A stretch of 63,584 nt of DNA, counting the filler, from Olpidium bornovanus S191 (Eukaryota; Fungi; Olpidiomycota): NCBI GenBank assembly GCA_017911155.1. It is 30 parts of 30 records of this genome, joined end to end, with 100 filler letters (N's around TTAATTAATTAA, not from the genome) between each part and the next. Parts side by side here need not be neighbours in the genome. Positions count along the whole stretch, not along the records: positions 57,141 to 58,643 come from JAEFCI010007881.1; positions 58,744 to 60,360 come from JAEFCI010011039.1; positions 60,461 to 62,395 come from JAEFCI010004445.1; positions 62,496 to 63,584 come from JAEFCI010001185.1; 26 more parts are not named here. One strand, 5' to 3'. The number at the start of each line of letters is the position of its first letter. Position 1 is the first letter of the stretch. Position numbers and translations under genes: made by a program. Shown one piece after another: positions 58,091 through 63,584 of this stretch. The notes beneath the pieces are model-generated. The model was given only the letters and a program-made list of their open reading frames with translations, was not told where the DNA came from and ran no database searches.

Positions 58091-60267
58091 GGGCGTGCGA
58101 CGGAAACGATAATCGAGATGGAAACGATCGTTGTGGTCGACGAGGAAAAGAGCTCAGGCGGGGCGAACGCAGGCAGGGCTTACAGTGCAAATGTGAAACC
58201 TCCTGAGAATGTCCCAATAAGGTAAATTAATATCTGCACTTACTTTAAATTACATTTTATTAATCTACTATTTAGTAGTCATAGCTCAATACTAAGGTAG
58301 ATAGACATTATTTGTATTTTATAAGGTGACAATGGGGATTCGGAGCGCTCGATGAGATGGGATGTAGAGAAATAATGGGGTCCCGAGGTGCAGCGGCTAC
58401 TACGCGCTTCAACCCCTTTTCCTTCTGCCGTAGAATCTTCATCAGGCCGCCACATAAAAGTGGCCTCAAGAGGATAACCCGAATACAGACAGATGATAGT
58501 TCTTTGTACGGCCTCTCCTTCTCGTCTCTGTGACGACCCCCAGCGGTGCTCTACTTCTCGACTCCGAACTTTCCCCCCCCCACTTCGCACTTTTCGAATT
58601 CATTACCCCTGCCGCGCCCCTCGGCGGCCGAATGCAGAACATGNNNNNNNNNNNNNNNNNNNNNNNNNNNNNNNNNNNNNNNNNNNNTTAATTAATTAAN
58701 NNNNNNNNNNNNNNNNNNNNNNNNNNNNNNNNNNNNNNNNNNNCCGAAAAAAAAAACTTGCAGTGAGGTGGGGGTGGGAAAATAAAACTTTCCGCAGTTT
58801 TGTTTCCTGCCACGACGTGAAAGTGCAAAGGGCCACCAGTCGCAGAAGCCCGCGAGCTGCCATGCTCGGACGCCTGCCTGATGCTGCACAGCTTGTTAAA
58901 GGGCGAAGTGGGAGCTGCAGAGGAAATACTTGGTGAAAATTTTCGAGAACACGATGTGGAATGGCTGGCGACCCCGGTACCCAAAGGGTGATGTGCTGTT
59001 ATTGTGCTCGCAACAATCCTGGGACGGTCCGTGAAGTTTCTAACTGCTCCACTAGTGCTCCACCCGTTGTGTCGTAGGGCTTCTCTCGCGGCGTACAAGG
59101 TGAAATCATTATCTCATCGTATTTCCTTCGTTAAACTAGTTAGTTTACAACGCATTCCTGTTGATATTCTAGTGCATCCAAAGTGATTAACAAGTCAACT
59201 GCTTATAGGTTAAAATATACCTATTAGGACGGTACTAGAGGATTGCTGCCGGTTTGTTGGGGCGCCGGCTGCAACGCCCTTTACTATCCCGTCGTTTTTA
59301 CGGCGTTCGCGTTGTGGGAGAATTTCCGCTACGATAAGCGGAACGAGGGACATAAGACGAGCGAATGGAGGTTGTCGACGAGGAAGCGACTGAATTCGAC
59401 GAATTAGCGGGGAGGCAGGGCGAAATGCCGCGAAGGGAGCTGCTAGCGGCAGCGGGGGAGTGACGCGTTGGGTGCGCGGCGCTATCAAATGCGTCCAGGA
59501 GACGGGGAAGACACGTTGGGGAGCCGAGCAGACCTTGCACTCCCGCAGAATAGACCTGTAGACGCACCAAACAGAGCAGAACCGGCGGAACGCCCGGGGC
59601 GATCGAGCAAGGGGATAGAGAGAGAGAGAGATAGGAAAAGAACGGGAAAAAGAGAGGACCGAGATTGCGTTTGTCTCTATCGAGTCGTCTGACTTCCGCC
59701 TCGGAGAAGCCCTGGGGCTTAACGGCTGACTCCGCCTTCTGACTTAAGTACGAAACTAGTACAACAGCTGCGCTCGTGGCTGCTCCTGGTGGCCGGGGAA
59801 GTTTTTGCGGGCCAACAGGAGCTGGCGCGATGACGCGTGAACAGGCGGTGTCTACACGGATCGAAAATGGCAAAATCCCGGAGCTGCTGACGCGCGGCGG
59901 TGGGCCCACGGACTCGCCGAACAACCCCCTTTGGGCTCTTGGCGGCGAAAGTCGAACTCCCGCGGCGGGGCGAAACGCGCAATATCGGCTGCAGGTGAGC
60001 TCGCGCGTTTTTTTTTTTCTGCGTGGTCCGCTTCCGGCGCCCGCCGCGCGTCTTTCTGCGCGCTTCGCGTACCCTCCTCCCTCCCCCCCAACCCCCTCTT
60101 TCCGCGTCGGCCGCTTCGCGCGCCCCAGCGCGCGTCTTTTGCGTCGGCCCCGCGCGTCTTTTGCGTCGGCCGCTTCGCTTTTCCCCCCCGCCCCCCCCCA
60201 CCCCCCCCCCCCCCCCCCCCCCCCCCCCCGCCCCCCGCCCCCCCCCCGCCCCCCGCCCCCCCGCCCG

Positions 60268-60360
<93 letters not shown>

Positions 60361-60461
60361 NNNNNNNNNNNNNNNNNNNNNNNNNNNNNNNNNNNNNNNN
60401 NNNNTTAATTAATTAANNNNNNNNNNNNNNNNNNNNNNNNNNNNNNNNNNNNNNNNNNNNC

Positions 60462-61931
60462 ATGTTTGCGCCTTCCTTTCTTTCCCGTAAAGCTAGCGAT
60501 GTCGGCGAATTCTGGTACCGTGCCAAAGTGTTGGCGTCCGGTCGTGAGCACGGCAGCTTGGAGTTGGTGGCTGATGCCGAGCGATGGCTGATTCAACAGC
60601 GCCAGGCTGACACAATCCCGCGTTTGCTGAGCATGGATATCTTTAACGTCACCGCGCAGGCGCATGTGCGTCCGAGCCGAGGTCATGACAAGCCCTATTT
60701 CAAGCAGCTCGAAAAAGCTCTAAGCGAATTGCCATTGAGCCCGTCTGTTTTACAGTCGCATCGGGCATTTCTGGCTCGGCTTGAAGAAAACCCTTATACC
60801 CGGCGCAGTTTGCCGCCCCTAGAATTCTTCAGCGAGCGCTTGCAGGTGCCGCGCTTCCGACAGCAGATCAAGGAAGTGGATAGCCGCGCCCAAGTGCTGT
60901 TTTCACTGTACTGTCACCATGCCATGTACGGGACCGCACGCCGCACCTCGGCCCAGGTGTATTTCAGCCGTGCGTTCGAATTGTTGGCCGTCTCTCTGCT
61001 GTTCGCGAAACGAAGCTCGCACCCCGAGCTCCGTCACAACGCATGGGAGAACTTGATCACCGAACTGTGCGCACGGCCGCCCTTTCACTGCATCCATGCA
61101 ATTGCCCCGACCAAGACCTTCAGCGATGACGACGAATCGGACGCCGACGACAGCACGACGGATAGCACGAGCCGCCGCGAACGCGAGTCAGATCGCCTCG
61201 AGCGCATCGGCATCAGGGCGCTCGCAAAGGAGATTATTGCTTGGGAAGAGCAGTGGGAGGAATTCCTAGAAAAAATGCAGGCAAAAGGATTGGTAACCTT
61301 GCTTGCCTGCGTTTTTAACAAAGTGTTCACGCAGGTGCATCTGTTGCGCGTAAGGGCAATCCAAGTGTTTCGAGAGGATTTCCTCTCGGATGCCGCAGCG
61401 CGCTTCGAATACATCGTGGTCAATGCCACTGCTACGTTCCTGCGGCACGGCGCTGTGCAGCAAAATACGGCGTTGACCCCGAACGTTGCGCCTTTGCGTG
61501 ATCCCGCGTTGTATGCCAGGACTGACCCGAGTTTTCGCGACAATGTCGTTCGTTTTGCAGGGCGGCGCGGTGTCTCGCTACCCGACACGGCAAGCGACGG
61601 CGAACGCCTTGTGCAAGCCGTTTGGACTCATCCGCTCTTTGAATTGCACCGCGACACGGTTCCCCGCTTTAACCTCCGTACAGCGCCCGCCGAAACGGAT
61701 GAACCAGGCAACGCCGATGCAGATTCCGGCCGCCTGGCAGACCGTTTGCACGTTGAAATGCCTGTCACCAAAGCGGCAATCGAGAGGATGAATCAGAAGG
61801 AAGCTCGTCGCCTGCTGCGCTTGTTACGATCAATTGCTGCGGCAGATGGCACGAGCCTCGAACAGGTTTACGCCAAGCGCGTAGCAGGAAGGGCGAAATA
61901 TGAAGCGTTACGCGAGCGGGCGCAGAGCTAA
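60462..61931 (+). CDS. rdrA: Bacterial-type intronless ORF, probable RADAR ATPase RdrA C-terminal portion (5'-truncated)
   Basis: 489 uninterrupted codons with no homopolymer tracts. RAFELLAVSL...PPFHCIHAIAPTKTF followed by an acidic stretch matches my recollection of RdrA C-termini. It lies 2 nt upstream of an RdrB-like ORF. The P-loop would lie upstream, off the contig. Confidence 0.62.
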   Translation: MFAPSFLSRKASDVGEFWYRAKVLASGREHGSLELVADAERWLIQQRQADTIPRLLSMDIFNVTAQAHVRPSRGHDKPYFKQLEKALSELPLSPSVLQSHRAFLARLEENPYTRRSLPPLEFFSERLQVPRFRQQIKEVDSRAQVLFSLYCHHAMYGTARRTSAQVYFSRAFELLAVSLLFAKRSSHPELRHNAWENLITELCARPPFHCIHAIAPTKTFSDDDESDADDSTTDSTSRRERESDRLERIGIRALAKEIIAWEEQWEEFLEKMQAKGLVTLLACVFNKVFTQVHLLRVRAIQVFREDFLSDAAARFEYIVVNATATFLRHGAVQQNTALTPNVAPLRDPALYARTDPSFRDNVVRFAGRRGVSLPDTASDGERLVQAVWTHPLFELHRDTVPRFNLRTAPAETDEPGNADADSGRLADRLHVEMPVTKAAIERMNQKEARRLLRLLRSIAAADGTSLEQVYAKRVAGRAKYEALRERAQS

Positions 61932-61933
61932 CC

Positions 61934-62349
61934 GTGTGGCCGATTCCGCTTGATTGGCTCTCGGTCGTTGCTTTTGTACGATCAGATCGGTGGCTTTTTA
62001 GTTACCTGAACCATTCCAATCTCAACAAAAAGACCGCTCCCGTCATCGCCGAGCGCGCGATCGCAGACTTGCAGTATTACAACGAGTCTGCGTTTCGCTT
62101 AGAGGACGTTCGGGCCGCCGCCAAGCAGACCGGCGCGGATGTGCTCCCTCACAAACTGACCGTCCTGTTGCAGGCGGCGAACGAACTGCTTATCCAGGAC
62201 GCCGCCGGCTTGGTCGTAAGAGAAACGCAGCGGTCCCTTTGGACCGCATTGGTGAGCAAGCTTGATCCAGCCTGGTTGCTGGGCGCGCGTCTAGCACACG
62301 ATATCAACGGCGGGGCCGTTCCTGCGAATATTTTAGAACGGCAGGCATG
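61934..62349 (+). CDS. rdrB: Probable RADAR adenosine deaminase RdrB N-terminus (GTG start, 3'-truncated)
   Basis: LDWLSVVAFVRSDRWL...RAIADLQ...FRLEDVRAA...LLQAANELL...LVVR....LWTALVSKLDP fits the RdrB N-terminal pattern as I recall it (SDR.., FRL.D.R.A, W..L.S). The catalytic HxH is off the contig. Confidence 0.66.
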
Positions 62350-63584
62350 TCCTCACGCATTCCAGTCCTTGAAAACAATTTTTCGTATTTGCCGCNNNNN
62401 NNNNNNNNNNNNNNNNNNNNNNNNNNNNNNNNNNNNNNNTTAATTAATTAANNNNNNNNNNNNNNNNNNNNNNNNNNNNNNNNNNNNNNNNNNNNCTCCC
62501 CCCCCCCCGCAAAACCCCCCCCCCCCCCTTCGAACTCAAAGGCCTACAAAATCCCGCAGAATGCGCATACCCCCGCGAAACGCGCAAAATCCCCCGCGGA
62601 TCTGTCCAATCCGGTCGAAATCTGCGGAGAATCTGCGCGGTGACGGTTGGTGGCGCCAGCTCTTAACCCGCGGAGGCTCGGCACTCCGGCACGAAGGTAT
62701 ATCGACCCCTCAAAAAGAAAATGGCCTTCAAATTAGCGTAGCGCTCCGTCGAATGTTCCGTGGGAGGGGATCGGCAGGAACCGAGCTCGGTCGCCAGAGG
62801 ACAAACTCTGGGGGCTCGCCGGCCGAGCCCTTCGGCCGGGCGGAGGTCGTGGAAGTTCTGCGGCGCGGTGGTCACGCGACAGGGCCGATCGCATCCGTAA
62901 AGCGCGGTGGATCTGACGGCAAACCTCGTTCGAACGAGGAAAAACGCCCGAGGGCGAGAGAACCCCCGCCGAAAGACCGTTGCGGAGTGCACAGAGGCAG
63001 CGCGACTGGTGGATCGGGTGGCGGCTGGTGTGGGCGAGGGTGAAGGGGAAAAAGGGGTAAGGCTCGTGGTGACGCTTGAGCGGGCCGCCGGCTATCGCCG
63101 TCCCGCATACGCTTCGTCTCCTGAACCCGCCGTAGGAACGCGGGCCGAAGGAATGCAAGCGATGATAAATAAACGCCGCGGACCACGGCTAACGCGCTCC
63201 GTGGTTTCTGCGATACGGCCGAGTCCTGCAAATTCTGCGCGCATTTTTCCTGCGGCGGGGTTCCCGCGCCCGACCCCGGCCCCCTTGGTTTCAAGCCTTT
63301 GGCTCTGTTTTGCTTTGTCCGCGGCCCCGTGGGTACAATCCGGGCCCCGTCGGTTCCCACGGACGAGTGCGGGTCAATGATAAATCGTGGCCCGTAGAGC
63401 GCATTGCGTGGCTCTCAACACTCCCTCGCTCGGGTTTTGGGATATTGGGGTATTGGAGTAATGGGAGCCCGCTAGTCTCGTCCGTGGTTCACCCTCTGGC
63501 ACTAAGCAAACGTTCAACAAAGCAAGGTCCCTGTTTGGGGATCCCTCCTATACATTGCGCAAAAAACCTGCACATTCGGCATGA

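Noticed and set aside
1-63584. Functional gene clustering between neighbouring contigs (e.g. RADAR next to fungal genes)
   Set aside because: Adjacency across linkers is arbitrary and carries no biological information.

Overview
This is not a contiguous locus. It is 30 short contigs (about 1-7 kb) joined by 29 artificial 100-nt linkers (44 N + TTAATTAATTAA + 44 N). Almost all contigs come from a GC-rich, intron-rich eukaryote with very long A/T and C/G homopolymer tracts. Gene content (secreted chitin deacetylase, Csr1-type CRAL-TRIO, YGR210C-like Obg GTPase, TDA3-like oxidoreductase, a fungal coiled-coil family) points to a fungus, probably an early-diverging or zoosporic one; the style suggests Olpidium, but that is a guess. 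Mostly partial housekeeping genes are recognisable: Maf, CRAL-TRIO, alpha/beta hydrolase, MiaB/CDK5RAP1, GT8, CDA, Obg, PP2A-A, C1 domain, Sgf73/ataxin-7, OSCA/TMEM63, DAO-family. There are many Ty1/copia, Ty3/gypsy and LINE remnants. Highlights: (1) a three-exon N-terminal fragment of an animal-type class A, opsin-like GPCR that aligns without gaps to rhodopsin TM1-TM2 through a GC-AG intron; (2) two copies of an unclassified 443/555-bp insertion element with GG...CC ends and 6-bp flanking duplications, both inside one LINE RT remnant; (3) one intronless bacterial-looking contig with a probable RADAR (rdrA-rdrB) anti-phage operon fragment; (4) 21 of 60 contig ends at CATG plus a CATG-bounded duplicate, suggesting NlaIII-type fragmentation and possible chimeras. 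No rRNA, tRNA or CRISPR array was recognised. All family calls rest on motif recognition by eye; no searches were run.
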